Part shown: positions 1-13,699 of the stretch, in pieces
How positions within the stretch are numbered: the first letter of the stretch is position 1
Layout: each line of letters opens with the position of its first letter
DNA from: Octopus vulgaris
Lineage: Eukaryota
DNA length: 64,000 nucleotides
Reading direction: 5' to 3'
Assembly (NCBI GenBank): GCA_951406725.2
Contig: OX597834.1
Location: forward strand, 8,556,001 to 8,620,000
Translations under genes and position numbers: made by a program
Notes under the pieces: model-generated
The model's input: only the letters and a program-made list of their open reading frames with translations
Database searches by the model: none
What the model was told of the DNA's origin: nothing

Positions 1-1075
1 TTACGAAAATCGTATATGTAAGTAAGACATGGTCTAAATCAAGAAATATTATCTGGTATAATGCACCGTTTTTATCGTACGTAGCTTCTAATATATCTAG
101 GAAATTCTTTGTTGTACTACATAAATGTCTCACCCTTTCAGCTAAACACGCGAAAGTTTTAATCACCATAGAGCAAATGCTTCTTATTCAACCACCAGAA
201 AATTGGCTTAAATTATAGTACCAAACAGGAAAAGTAAAATTAAATAATATCTCGACTGAAGATTAGTAAACACAGGTAGAACCAATATTTACATACAACT
301 CCCACTCACGCAGACACACATGGGATCCGTAAAGAGGAAAGGTGATATAACTACATTCAGCTTCTCACATTCATCGTTATCATATTGAAAAGACCTAATG
401 CAGCAAATAGTCTACAACGCGTCACAATTAAAACCAGTGGGAATTCACGGTTAATATATTGTTGATGGTGATAAATTAATTAATGCCAGGTACTGTTCTC
501 TACCCTTATTTCAATATGACCATAATATCAGTCATAACTACATAAAAGAATGTCTCAGAAGATGCTAGTAAGATAATGATATATAGAGACAAGGTGATAA
601 CCAGAAAGAGGAAGGTCAGGTTGACTTACCATATTATGGTTATCAAATAAAAGGGACCTTAAATGGAAAATAAAGGAGATCATATTCTGATCTAAGCGTG
701 GAAATATTAAAAATACGGGGAAAATGTGCATCTAAACTTAGCAAAATTTATCTTATAGAGACAAGGTGATAACCAGAAAGAGGAAGGTCAGGTTGACTTA
801 CCATATTATGGTTATCAAATAAAAGGGACCTTAAATGGAAAATAAAGGAGATCATATTCTGATCTAAGCGTGGAAATATTAAAAATACGGGGAAAATGTG
901 CATCTAAACTTAGCAAAATTTATCTATTAAAATATTAAAATTAGAAAATATTAAAATCTAGAAGAATGATAGATAAAACAATGTAAGTCAAAAGAGTGAG
1001 TTACTTTTATATAAACAGAAATCTCATAATGCTCATTTCTTGCATAATGTTAAGGTAGCCATGATAAAACTATTC
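1..1075 (+). mobile_element. Decayed Penelope-like retroelement (PLE), post-RT linker and probable GIY-YIG C-terminus
   Basis: From 42 the sequence reads RNIIWYNAPFLSYVASNISRKFFVVLHKCL, then after a frameshift FNHHRANASYSTTRKLA*II. This matches the recalled PLE motif RNIIWFNPPYS..V.TNIG.KFL.L..KHF...KIFNRNTVKVSYSC..N...II. Downstream DLKWKI and VSQKSELL resemble the end of the endonuclease. Stops and frameshifts are present. Confidence 0.7.
582..925 (+). repeat. Exact 172-bp tandem duplication (582-753 / 754-925)
   Basis: tatagagacaaggtgataacc...gcaaaatttatct is repeated head to tail with no mismatch visible by eye. Confidence 0.95.
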
Positions 1076-1234
1076 GAATATGAATCTATTAAAAAAATTC
1101 AGACATCATCCGAGTAAGGGTATACATTTTCAGTTGAATCAAAACATATATATTATAGTGATGGTTATTGACGATTTGTCTACTTTCGGCATATTTGGCA
1201 TTAGAATTTTTTCTTTTGCCCTTGTTTATAAGTT

Positions 1235-1259
1235 GTATATATACATATATATGTATATA

Positions 1260-1334
<75 letters not shown>

Positions 1335-1337
1335 CTC

Positions 1338-1374
<37 letters not shown>

Positions 1375-1582
1375 TGTGTACATCACCTGGATTCGCCACT
1401 ATTGCTTTGCAGATGTATCTGCGTTTCTATTAAGAAAAATTTCACTTCGTTTCCATCTCAGAACGAGCGTTCGACCGTTTCGCAACACTTTCGGGTTTAT
1501 ATATACATACATACATACACACACATACACGCATACACATACACACACGCGCACACTACACACACGCACACACACACACACG

Positions 1583-1612
<30 letters not shown>
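1235..1612. repeat. Compound (TA)n/(TG)n/(CA)n microsatellites
   Basis: Dinucleotide runs are directly visible and explain the [12 protein letters not shown] ORFs. Confidence 0.95.
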
Positions 1613-1613
<1 letters not shown>

Positions 1614-2066
1614 TCGAGCTTGTTTTTCTCAACATGGTCGGAATAAGTAAAACTAGAGGAATGGCTTTCGGAGAAAATTCATTTTACCTTCTCCTGCTTT
1701 GTGCGTCGATGATCTCAGCAATGGATGGCAAAGTCTGTCTTAATGTGATGCGCCAGCAATTCGCATTGAAAGTAGTTAAGAATATGAAAACAGTAAAAAC
1801 AAGACATTAAAATCATAACAACAGCTACGACAACAGCAGCAATTGTAGTAACAGCAGCATGAAATGTAACAACTGCGATAAGGACAGTAATAAAATAATC
1901 AGCAGTAACAATAACGGTAGCTTTAACGCTGCTAACACCAACCGTAAAATAAATAATGTAAAGAAGCCGCTGCCATCATTATGACAACGAGAACAACGGA
2001 GACAACGGAGACAACGGCGAAGTCAGTAACTACATAATCTACAAGGACTGCAACACCAGCAGGTAG

Positions 2067-2215
2067 TGGAGGCGCAATTGCCTAGTGGTTAGAGCAGTTT
2101 CGATTCCCAGACCGGGCATTGTGAGTGTTTATTGAGCAAAAACACCTAAGCTCAACGAGCCTCCGGCCGGGGTGGTTATGAAGCCCGCAGTACTCTTTCA
2201 CCACAACTGTTCTTC
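2067..2215 (+). mobile_element. SINE family C, 5' part (tRNA-derived head)
   Basis: gtggaggcgcaattgcctagtggttagagcag...ttcgattcccagaccgggcattgtgagtgtttattgagc aligns with the full copy at 58770. Confidence 0.85.
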
Positions 2216-2507
2216 CTGCTTCTGCCACAAAGCAGAGGAACCATGGTGTAACCCACTATGGTGTGGTAAACTTTCAGACCCTAGTCTAGATTGCGAATGC
2301 TCTGTACCCGAGGATGGTTCAGCTCTCCACCCGTTAAAATCCACCGTTTACTGTATGAGGATAACAACGTAGCTTTCGAGTATGTGCACCCGTCAGTCTA
2401 TCGCGTGCGGTGGGTGGATCTTAAAGTTGCCACACACATTCTTAGTAGCTTAGAGTAGGCTCGAATTAGAGATTATTCTTTGTGGCTAATGGCGTGAGTC
2501 CTGATTG

Positions 2508-2645
2508 GAAGAAGAAGAAGAAGAATGAGGAGGAGGAGGAGGAGGAGAAGAAGAAGAAAAAGAAGAAGAAGGAGATTAAGGAGAAGAAGAAGAAGAAGAA
2601 GGAGGAGGAGGAGGAGGAGGAGATGAAGAAGATGAAGAAGGAGAT

Positions 2646-2676
<31 letters not shown>

Positions 2677-2732
2677 AAGAAGAAGAAGAAGAAGAAGAAG
2701 AAGAAGAAGAAGAAGAAGAAGAAGAAGAAGAA
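2508..2732 (+). repeat. (GAA)n/(GAG)n polypurine trinucleotide tract
   Basis: About 225 nt of GAA/GAG repeats; source of the poly-K/E/F/L ORFs. Confidence 0.95.
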
Positions 2733-3429
2733 ACAACCTTTATGAACGATATACTTCAGGGGATTTCTCATTCTCTAGACGGTAAAGTAGACGCTTTTAA
2801 AATGTCTAAAAATCACTTTGTTGGACTGGACTCATGTCAGTATCAGAAGAGAAAATGTTTAGCACACACACACACACACAATTTGTACATGGACACGCCA
2901 TGCAAAAAATTACGTATAGTAAATTTTGGGGGCTGATACTATTGCCAGCTTTATTGGAAATCATCAACCATATAATTGGTTTTTGTTTACGTCTTTAGAT
3001 GTCTGGTATTATGAGGTATCAAAACATGAGGTATGACAAAGAGAGCAATGTCCCTCCCAGCTAACACTTAATTGGCTCGAATTGTGCAACCAAGTATAGC
3101 AACTTCAAATGAGGGCGTTAGTTGATTAAATCTACCCCAGAGCTCAAATGAACTTTATTCAATTAATGGAAATCAATGTCGACATCGGCGCGATTTGAAC
3201 TAAGAACATAAAGATGGACAAAATACCGCTAAACCTTTCAGCTGGAGTGCTTATGATTCTACCAGGAACCCACCTTTGTGGACATTTAATTGAGCAATTA
3301 TTTAGAGATTGTTACTTAGTAGCACAAACTCATTTCCAGCTCCTATCTCCATTAGAGTATTGGATATGAATGCATTGTACATACATACATACATACATAC
3401 ACACATATATACGTGTGTGTGTGCATATT

Positions 3430-3745
3430 AGCGCAGGAGTGGCAGTGTAGTGAGAAGCTTGCTTACCAACCACATGTGTCTGGGTTCAGTCCCACTGCGT
3501 GGCACGTTGCGCAAGTATCATCCACTATGGCCTTAAGATGACCAAATCATTGTGAGTGGATTTGCTAGAGGGGAAACTGAAAGACCGTCGTATATATATA
3601 CATACATATATATACATACGTGTGTGTGTGTGTATGTGTGTCTGTATATGTGTGTGTGTGTGTTTGTGTGTGTCTGTGTCTGTGTATGTGTGCGTATTTG
3701 TGTGTCTGTGTTTATCCCACCACCATCATTTGTCAACCGATGTTG
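3430..3745 (+). mobile_element. SINE family A, 3'-truncated
   Basis: gcgcaggagtggc..gtggt..gggttcagtcccactgcgtggcac head, ggaaactgaaag, internal (TA)(TG) tract. Confidence 0.9.
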
Positions 3746-3780
3746 TAAGTTGGAAGTCAAAGTATAAAAGAACATATTTG

Positions 3781-3837
<57 letters not shown>

Positions 3838-3914
3838 AAGGTGTCCAATCCAACGTAATCGGTGATTGTGCACCATCGCCTCAATACTCAAGATATCAGT
3901 GTTTCTCAGGAAAG

Positions 3915-4250
3915 AAGGATAGCAGGATCTCTAAACAGATGCTATATGGAGAACTTGTTTGTGGAAAGCGGCCCCGGCAGAAACCAACGCTGCGATTTAA
4001 GGGCTGTGTCAAGTCTTCGTTAAAGGCCTGCGATATGCAGGAAACCGACTGGGAGAGCAATGCCTGTCATCGTCACAGTTGGAGAAAGCAGGTTAAGGAG
4101 GGATTCGACACCTTTGAGAGAGCACATATTCTGCATGATGATTTTAAGCGTGCCCCTAAAAGCGCAATGCTAGTGTAGTGAATGGGTAAATCTTGGTTTG
4201 CAGTGTGTGCAGTCGTATATGCTTGTCAAGGGCATAGCTCATTAGCAACC
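3915..4250 (+). mobile_element. RTE-clade LINE, ORF C-terminal fragment
   Basis: DSRISKQMLYGELVCGKRPRQKPTLRFKGCVKSSLKACDMQETDWESNACHRHSWRKQVKEGFDTFE, then in another frame VCSVCSRICLSRA*LISNH. This is a typical RTE ORF end (PKQLLYGEL..GKR..GRP..R.KD..K..LK...W...A.DR..WR, plus a CxxC finger). Confidence 0.85.
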
Positions 4251-4425
4251 ATCTATCTATCTATCCGCTCAGTCGAAGTCGACTCTCGGTCACTCGTTGG
4301 ATCAGTGTCCTCCAGTCAGTTCTATCCTGGGCCACTTCTTTCAGATTGGCTATGTCCATTCCTGTATCACTCTTGGTGGTGTCAAGCCAGTGGGTTCTTA
4401 GTCGGCCTCTTCTTCTGTTGCCAAC
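4251..4425 (-). mobile_element. RTE/BovB-like LINE 3' end with (TAGA)n tail
   Basis: The minus strand reads VGNRRRGRLRTHWLDTTKSDTGMDIANLKEVAQDRTDWRTLIQRVTESRLRLSG*, followed by GATA repeats. It matches the BovB-type terminus GRRRRGRQRMRWLD...L.E...DR..WR..V..V..SR.RLS. Confidence 0.85.
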
Positions 4426-6831
4426 AGAGCCGCAAATGCTAAATATATGTTAGTCCTAGAGTGCATATATATCACCACTGTATATATACAAGAGCTGATT
4501 CTTTCCAGTGATACAATTCGATATAATATTTGAAGATGTTCTACGCAGTCTCTCAGGAAATATACTTTGGTGTAATAGCAACTTGTTGCAAGATATCATG
4601 TTTCAAAGAGACGTATCCACTAAAACTCAAATCTTTCGGGAGTAGAATATAATCTATGAGAGCGGATACGACAACCATATTACAACGCTGTATAATTATA
4701 AGCGTATATAGAACTAATAAATATATCGAAATTCTATTCTATGTATTCTATGTATTCTAAAACGAATAAAAAAAATCAGTTGAAGGCATATTTTAAACTG
4801 CCATATGCAAAAATCGAAGTGCTGCACGACATCCTTTGTTGAAAACTGTGGATTTTTTCTTTCTCTTACAAAAGTCGATTCACGTACTGCTAAGGGAAGA
4901 GAGAAAATGATTCTTCAACGAAATGGTAACGGTTTCTAAAAGGCCATTTTTGATAAAGGGAGAGAAAGACAGAAACAGACATACAGACAACTATACAAAA
5001 AGCGAGTGTAAAAATCTCAGCGACTTGAAAATCAGCATGGTTTCTACTTCATTGTATTGTTAAAAACCCATTGATTTTGGTATGATGGCTGACTGAGTAA
5101 CAACAGGGAATGAATGTTACACTGTGATGTATGAGAATGCGGATATTCATTCGTTTTTTTATAGCTAAGGTGCTAGGTAGCAGTCGCAAAACCATTACAA
5201 TCTCAAGATACGAAGAGAACCCGACAAATATGTATACTGACGCAAAATTATCGTCTTCGATACATCTAATATAAAACACACTAATTCACTATACACTTTA
5301 CGCTCTTTTCTTAAAGCTTAAATACACCCCAAATATTTTCCAAACTCTTTCTCTGGCCTATCGTCCTTGTATATCAGAACAGCCTTCTCCGTTTAATTAA
5401 TTAGGTTCATACTCCCTACCTCTGCCTGACTATGTGTGAACTCCTTTTTTGTTATGAAATATCAATCTACCATTCATTGAAACACTCCTTTTTCAGTTCG
5501 AATACTTTAAATATACCTACAACACAAGTTTTAAGTATTCGTTCACTTTACGTACTGTAACAATGAAAATATGTTTCCTATTTGAACACAACCTGATAGC
5601 TCGAATTTAATACTTCATAAATTTTCCTGCACAAAAACGTAGTTTAAAAGAACGCAAGCACATGTACAGGTGTTGAAGAAGAAAGTTGTGATCAATAATA
5701 TCAAGAAGTTAGCCATCGCTATATTTCACTTATGACATACACTAGATAGACTTATTCGTATAGAAAAGGTTTTGAAAAATATGTGGAAGTTGTATACACA
5801 CACAGGCACACAAATACGCATAAACATATACATAGACGGATATACACGCAAATATCGGGAATGGTATCTTGTATTCAACAATACAAAGTTATTCTTGTCT
5901 TTGAAATCAAATGAAGATATGCGTTTGATATAAATCTGGCATTGCATCGGAAATTCTTTGAAGTGTAATCGAACACCTTTCCAAGAACAAAAGTGACGTT
6001 ATTTTGGAAATGTGACCCTTTAGATATCACAATGTCCGTTTGAAAATTCCTCACGGATTAAAATTGATTAGTTGCATTGTAGATGTGAGGGTAAAGATTG
6101 ACGTCTTAATAATTGAACTTCTCAAAGAGAAAGATGAAGTTGGTAAGTACAATAGATTTAAATAAACGAAAGAAACGTTTTCAAAATGTCGAACAGAATT
6201 TAGGCGCTAGTTTTCAAGCTGGTTCCTACATTCACTGACGAATATATTATTGTCGGAAGAAAATATATATTTTCTTTTCTTACGGTAAAGGTTGAAATAT
6301 TCATTTATATTCAACACTGTTTAATTCTCTTATGTTTAAAGGTGAAGCTTTTACAATGAATAGAATGAAACCGATGATTCCCAGGCGTGCCGTCTACATG
6401 AATATTATTTACTCAAACGCAAGTTAACATACTAAGTGCAATGACAACACAACCAAATTTTGCCAATACAAATTATGGCCATAGCGAATAGCAAAATTCT
6501 GTAGTATTCATTAACTAAAATTTAACAAATGATCTTTGTTAATTATGTGACAAAATCGAGATAAGGTTTTGGTGTTTTAGGGAATTTTCATAAACATTTA
6601 GTCTAATGGATGTACCAGTCTACATGTCTATTTTCCGAGTAGAAGACAAAATGATGCAGTGATCATAATATTCCCCTGTTTTTTTTCCCATTTGACCCTG
6701 GCCATGCTTGAGCATAGCCTTATAATTGTAAATATACACTCACCTACATAAACACACCTAAAAACCTACCTACCTACATACATACATACATATATACATA
6801 CATTCATACATATATATATATATATACAGGC

Positions 6832-6832
<1 letters not shown>

Positions 6833-6877
<45 letters not shown>

Positions 6878-6878
6878 T

Positions 6879-6970
<92 letters not shown>

Positions 6971-6999
6971 TATAGATAGATATATAGATAGATAGATAG
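6833..6999 (+). repeat. (GATA)n tetranucleotide microsatellite
   Basis: About 40 GATA units, preceded by (TACA)n/(TA)n. Confidence 0.95.
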
Positions 7000-8954
7000 T
7001 TCCTGAACGTTATATGTCGTCGTAGTAGGAGTAGATAATAAAGTAGTGAAATTAGACAATGAAGAAGATAATATGAGTGGGTCGTATATGGTTTCGTACA
7101 ATATACGGTTGGAATATTCTGTGGAATATTATGCGAATGTCATCTTTGAGTGAACAAGTGAAATGAAAAAGGTTGACATGGGAATTTTACATTTTCAAAA
7201 GTTCTATGGTGTTCCAAAAGTTCCATATGGAACTTTTCCTTTAAAGCGGTTGTCATTAAAATAAGAAGCAAGATTGGAAAATTTGGTGTTCCAGAATTAC
7301 TCTAAAGTAGTAGCATTCATATTGCACAACATATAAAGAATTTGTTTAACAATTTATATATATAAATTCTCATTTAATTTATCACAAAATCATAAACATT
7401 CACAGTTATGAAGAGATAAAAAAACAAATCTTATTAATTTTAATACGACATCTACGAAGTCAGTATTTTAATTCCACTTTCAACTCAAATGAATAAAATC
7501 TATAGCTTCTACTTTGTGAAGATTGACGTCAATATTTGTGAGAAAACCACAAAGTTCTAAGATGGTGACAAATAAAAATCCATATAATTTTAAATTTAAT
7601 GAAAATGAAATGAATAAATGTAAAGCAAGAGACACAACTGTTTTTTTTTTTTCTGAAATAATTTTATTCTACCATTACAAACTTACATAAAATATTTATG
7701 TAAAGATGTTTTCGATATGATTTATACGTTTAAAACTTCATAGGTAATTTATAATCGAAGAGTGAGTTCCTATTGTAAATATTCTCATGGTTGAATTTCA
7801 TTATACGACGATAGACTCGGATGTGTGTGATTTTCTTAACATAATGTCTACTAATGATTGCTATAGAACTACGCGGGGAAGAAATTTCATTTTAATAAAT
7901 TTTGAAAGCATAAAATTTGCCATAAATTTTAAGAGAATTATTGATGCAAAATATCTCAGGCGCTTTTTAAAATTCGATTAACAAAATTGGTTTTCTTATT
8001 AGTATTATCATTTAAAATCATTATACATGAAATATTTGGGGAATAAGCATTCATTTTGTAGCAGTGTAAGTTATCAACAGTAATAGTGTATGTGTTTTAC
8101 TAACTGTTACTTTGAGAAAAAAAAAAACACAAACGTAGATGCTTATATTGAATAAAAACAAAATCAGGAATATAAATTTAAACAGAAATGATTATATGAA
8201 TGCATTAATACGGATTAAAAACCTGTGAATCAGAGATTAAAATAATACTAATATGAATAAAATGAAAATATGCCATGGGCTTGTAAAATGTTAGAACATA
8301 AGGAGATGAATATACAACTTGCATTTCTGAATATACATTTATTTGATTCATTATTATTCCCTATCATAAATGTATGTAAATTACATATAGTTTCGTATAT
8401 ATATTTGAAAGATACAGAAAGTTTGATGTTATGAAAATAATAATTGTTTAAAAAATAAAAGCGAAAGATATTAAGGAAAACAAAAATAAGTTTTTACTTC
8501 AAGCATGTGTGTATATTATTTGACAAAGGCTGATAGATTACGAAAGCAGCATAAAAATGAAACAAATAACGTTAACGAATCCTAATATACTAAATTAAAA
8601 GAGACTGTGCAAATGTGAAGACATGGAAAAAGAGACTGGAATATAAATTCTTCAATGGTAAATGATGAAATATTAATTTAAATCGGCAATATAAAATCAC
8701 AGAAAGAGAAATTGCAAATATAATTAGTTTGCAATTTGAATGCAAGAGCTATACTCGATTTTATAATATGTAATGGTTAGTACGTAAAAGAATAATTAAT
8801 TAGTAGAATTACTGTTGGTTGCAATTTTAAAAATAAAACATGTTGAGTACAATTAAATCGATGAAATTTAATAGATTAATTCATACGAGATTACAGTCTA
8901 ACAAGTGAATAATTATCATTAATAGATTAATATATATATTTATATATATGGTTG

Positions 8955-8956
8955 TG

Positions 8957-9008
<52 letters not shown>

Positions 9009-9208
9009 TGTGTTTGTTCTCCCAACACCGTTTGACAACCGATGCTGGTGTGCTTACGTCCCCGTAACCTAGTGGTTCGGCAAAAGAGACTGAGAGAATA
9101 AGTACTAGGCTTACAAAGAATAAGTCCTGGGGTCGATATATTCGATTAAAATCGGCGATCCAGCATGGCCGGAGTCAAATGACAGAAACAAGTAAAAGAG
9201 TAAAGAGT
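8955..9208 (+). mobile_element. SINE family A, 3' half
   Basis: (TG)n, then gtttgttctcccaacacc..gacaaccgatgctggtgtg..aagtactaggcttacaaagaataagtcctggggtcgat..gtaaaagagtaaagag tail. Confidence 0.9.
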
Positions 9209-10132
9209 ATACACACACACACACACGCATATATATATATATATATAAGCAAAAGAGAGATCGCAAAGGAATAAGTGATTTTTCATTTCATTTCATTTCA
9301 TTTGGGTTTGAGTCCATGCTCAGGCCAAGTCGAAGACTCCACCCTCAGAGTCTGGTGTGGTTGCCAGGTTGTATTCTCTGCTTAAATTTGACATGTGTAG
9401 GAGCGAGTTTGAGTCAGTTTGTGCTCGTTGTGTATATCCTGATTATATTATGAATTTCATCAACTTACAACTGTTTCCGCTATAGGATGCAGGGCACTCA
9501 AATTTGAGAACCTGCATAAGACCTTATGGTTTCCAGGACCCTCGAATATGAAGTGCAATTTATTTCACCAAAAATGATATTTTTGCCTATATAGGAAATG
9601 ACATAAGCGATGAGAAGATCAGTACAGGTGTATATAAGAAACTTGTATGACTAAAATGTAATTAGATGTGTTGGTGGAAATATATCTGTTTATGCGTACG
9701 CACTCACACAGACACACCGAGACGTACTAATATATGCGCATGTACCTGAACAATTGTACATTCAAACATATACACACACAAATATGTGAAATCAGCTGTG
9801 TAAAAAAGGAGATAGATTGGGGATTTCACACTTATATGACGGTAAACATTTTGTCAGTAACCAAAGTACTCAAACCCACACCCCTTCAGATCCTGGGCCG
9901 TTGACAACAATCACTGATCAATTAGATACTAAATATTATAGCTGACTGACAATGTTTCCCGACTTATAAAGTTAAAATACCCTATCTTTCTACTGTTTCC
10001 ACGCCTATACGCCGGGCGAAATGCGTAGCCGTATCTAAGGTAGGGGGATGTAAACACGCCAACATCGATTGTCAAATTATGATGAAGGGACACATACAGT
10101 CGGGCATACATTTACATATATGTATATGTATA

Positions 10133-10227
<95 letters not shown>

Positions 10228-10971
10228 CCGACGTGTATATACTGCATCACCGCCTGTTATTTCACTGACCCGCTTGCGTTTTGCATTCAGGTCTTTCTGC
10301 ATTTTTTAAACTTCATTAGGGACTTTCAATGTTGGCGAAAGTTTTGTATCAACAGTTGAAACTATCTCTAACAGCGATCACAGACATTAGATTTCCTAGT
10401 AAAATTTTCACGGAGGAATCCGTGGAGAATTGTTCTCACGAGAGAGAACAAAGTCTGCAACAGTCTAACCGCTGCCGTTTAAAAACGTTTAGGTACTCTC
10501 CTAGATTTCTAGTAGCACCAAGATCAGAAAAGTTTGTGACATGTAAATAAACTCTGTCAATGTGTCCGACAAGTCAAAATATACTTTATCCACATTTAAA
10601 ATTTTGCACTACTAAGCTTTATAAAATAGCCCTTCACTGGGCTGAAGATATGTTGTTGCTTGTGAATGTGTTTTCTCCTTCCCGGAATGTGATCAGCCTT
10701 TGACTGACAAGACGTGAAAGGATATCTCGAAAGCCATATTGTGTAGTCAGCGATGAAAATGTGGAATAGTCCAATCCGTGCTTTGAATGCTGACTAATTG
10801 GGGCGGCTGCTTAGCCACGTCCAAAGGTGGATATTTGGTTAAAATGATCTGAGAAAATTGTAAGATTCTGGTTATACGTACTATTCCTGAGCGCGCGCGC
10901 ACACAAACACACACACATATACATACACGCACACATGCACACACTCAGATATACACAAATGGATATATTTA

Positions 10972-11132
10972 ATTCTTTACTGCCCACAAGGGGCTAAACA
11001 CAGAGGGGACAAACAAGGACAGACAAAGGGGTTAAGTCGATTGACTGGTACTTAATTTATCGATCCCGAAAGGATGAAAGGCAAAATCGACCTCGGCGGA
11101 ATTCGAACTCAGAACGTAACGGCAGACGAAAT
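10972..11132 (-). mobile_element. SINE family B, 5'-truncated, with a TSD of about 17 bp
   Basis: cccacaaggggctaaacacagagg..cgaaaggatgaaaggc..aactcagaacgtaac, flanked by acacaaatggatatatt / acacaaatgcatatatt. Confidence 0.9.
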
Positions 11133-11649
11133 AACACAAATGCATATATTATGAAGCTGATGACCTGTAAATGCTACACTGTTCCGCTGTCAGCTATGGT
11201 TTACAAAATTTAGTACAGCCCATGAGAGATTGATTCAATTCTAAAATTCAGAATTTACAAGCCCATTACTAGTTACATACTGTAGATATACAATGAATAT
11301 GGAGATTTATATTACATGCTATGCATCTTCAACAAATCTGTAAGGCTCAGTGTATATGTGTCGACGTATTTAATACCAGAACGCTAGGGTATAAGAAAAC
11401 ATGAAAGCAATAGAAGAAATCGTGAAAAAGTTTGATGTCAAAAGTGGAATTAAAAGAATGAAAAGTGAAAGAAGAAAGGTATTTCTCCCTTTTGGCTGTA
11501 AAAGTCATAATGAATCTAGCTGCTACACAATTTGAAAGAGAGGAGGCCAAAATCTGTGAAATAGCCACTCACTAAAGAGTAAGTCATGTCAACCATTTCG
11601 AAACACACGTACTTACATATACACATACATACATACATACATACATACA

Positions 11650-11730
<81 letters not shown>

Positions 11731-11735
<5 letters not shown>

Positions 11736-11980
11736 GTTAAATTAGAGATAAAACCACTATTAGGCAAATCAAACAATGAAAAGCTTAAACCAATACAGAA
11801 AATTAATTAATTTATATTATTTTAAATATATATCAAAATATATGTTCATTGTTTGATTTGCCTAATTGTGGTTCTATCTCTAATTTAATATAATATAATA
11901 TTTTACTATAAAATTGGATTCAATCCTAAATCTGATTTTTCCCTGTAAGTTTGGTTTTATTCCCTAATATTTTATTATAT
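11731..11980. mobile_element. Fold-back element inside (TA)n (50-bp arms 11731-11780 / 11845-11894), probable PLE terminal repeat
   Basis: attatgttaaattagagataaaaccactattaggcaaatcaaacaatgaa and its reverse complement differ at 3 positions. An unpaired tail follows, with (TA)n on both sides. Confidence 0.7.
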
Positions 11981-12201
11981 ATATATATATATACATACAT
12001 ACATCCACACACATGTACACGCACACATACACACACATACATATAGGGAGAGACCGATAGTAGATAGATAGATAAGTTTATACCTTGTACAGTAATTTGT
12101 GAATCTGTGATTATGTTATATGAATATTTATATACATATATACATCTGGTACGTATAAGTATCTATCTATCTATCTATCTATCTATATATACATATACAT
12201 A

Positions 12202-12247
<46 letters not shown>

Positions 12248-12469
12248 TACGCACACACAAACACACACGCATATCACACGAATATAGCTGCAAGAAACTG
12301 GACGATATGTAAATGAATATACATATGTATAAATATATAGAATATTTTTGAAGGAGAGGCGATTACAATTTACTTGCTCCTAGAATATTCAATTCATATA
12401 TGTGTGTGTGTGCGTGTGTTTGGGTGTATGAGCTCGAGTGTTTTTATATGTGTGGGTGTATGAGCGCGA

Positions 12470-12565
<96 letters not shown>

Positions 12566-12641
12566 CATACACTCATATATATGTATATATATATATATTT
12601 ATATGTATATATATATACATATACATACACTCATATCTATA

Positions 12642-12691
<50 letters not shown>

Positions 12692-13387
12692 TGCGTGTCT
12701 GTATGGGTATATATGTATGCATATCAATTTCAATAGCCTAATTGCTGTCATTTGTATGAATAGCTTTAATTAGTAACACATACTTCATTGCCATTTGATA
12801 AACTAATAATTATTCAATTCTGAACCCGTGCGTAAGCACTTGGAAGACAAATCTGGCCTCGGGTTTTCTTATATATTCATATTTTTAATTTGCTTTTCTA
12901 ATTTTGACATCATTATTTTTTTCCTTCCTGTATTATATATTTAGTTTTCCTCTTACCCTATTTTCCCTCTATCTGATTGAAGGTGTGAGGAGAACCACGC
13001 GAGCAACTAGCGTAAATTGATTGACTGTTTTGTTGCTATTTCGAACAGGTCATCTTATATCAATCTAGCGACATATAGATCTTATCGTTGTTGTAGTTAG
13101 AATTGCATGTAATATCGCATTGAATATTGTTAATTTCACACTTTCATATTTTGATATTACAAACAGTTACAATGATTGGTAAGCTTTCGAATCATTTACT
13201 TCGATGTAATGAATCTGCATTTATACATGCAACTGATTTTAATGTTAAATCTAAAAGCACCAAAATGTATCACATTCTCTTTTCTCGTTTTCTTTCTTGT
13301 TACTTTCTTTCTTACTCTCTCGCTCTCCCTAAAAGTGTGTATATGTCTCTCTCTCTCACTCAATATGTGCAAGTACACATATAAGTA

Positions 13388-13429
<42 letters not shown>

Positions 13430-13433
<4 letters not shown>

Positions 13434-13449
13434 CAAAACAAGCAACAAA

Positions 13450-13493
<44 letters not shown>

Positions 13494-13611
13494 AAACAAG
13501 CAACATAAGATATCGTTACTTATTTTGATTGTAATCACCCCATTTTGAATTATATGGATAATACCATACTAAATTCTGGTGCTTTTAACTTAAGTACCAT
13601 ATTCAACTGAA

Positions 13612-13615
<4 letters not shown>
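13430..13615 (+). mobile_element. Collapsed copy of the 36335-36744 fold-back family between (TA)n tracts
   Basis: gttacttattttgattgtaatcaccccattttgaattatatggataataccatactaaattc is the reverse complement of 36335-36437. It is preceded by the inverted piece tcaaaacaagcaac. Confidence 0.8.

Positions 13616-13699
<84 letters not shown>

Noticed and set aside
1634-1730. Signal-peptide-like MAFGENSFYLLLLCASMISAMDG
   Set aside because: No convincing splice donor follows it and there is no supported downstream exon; probably chance.
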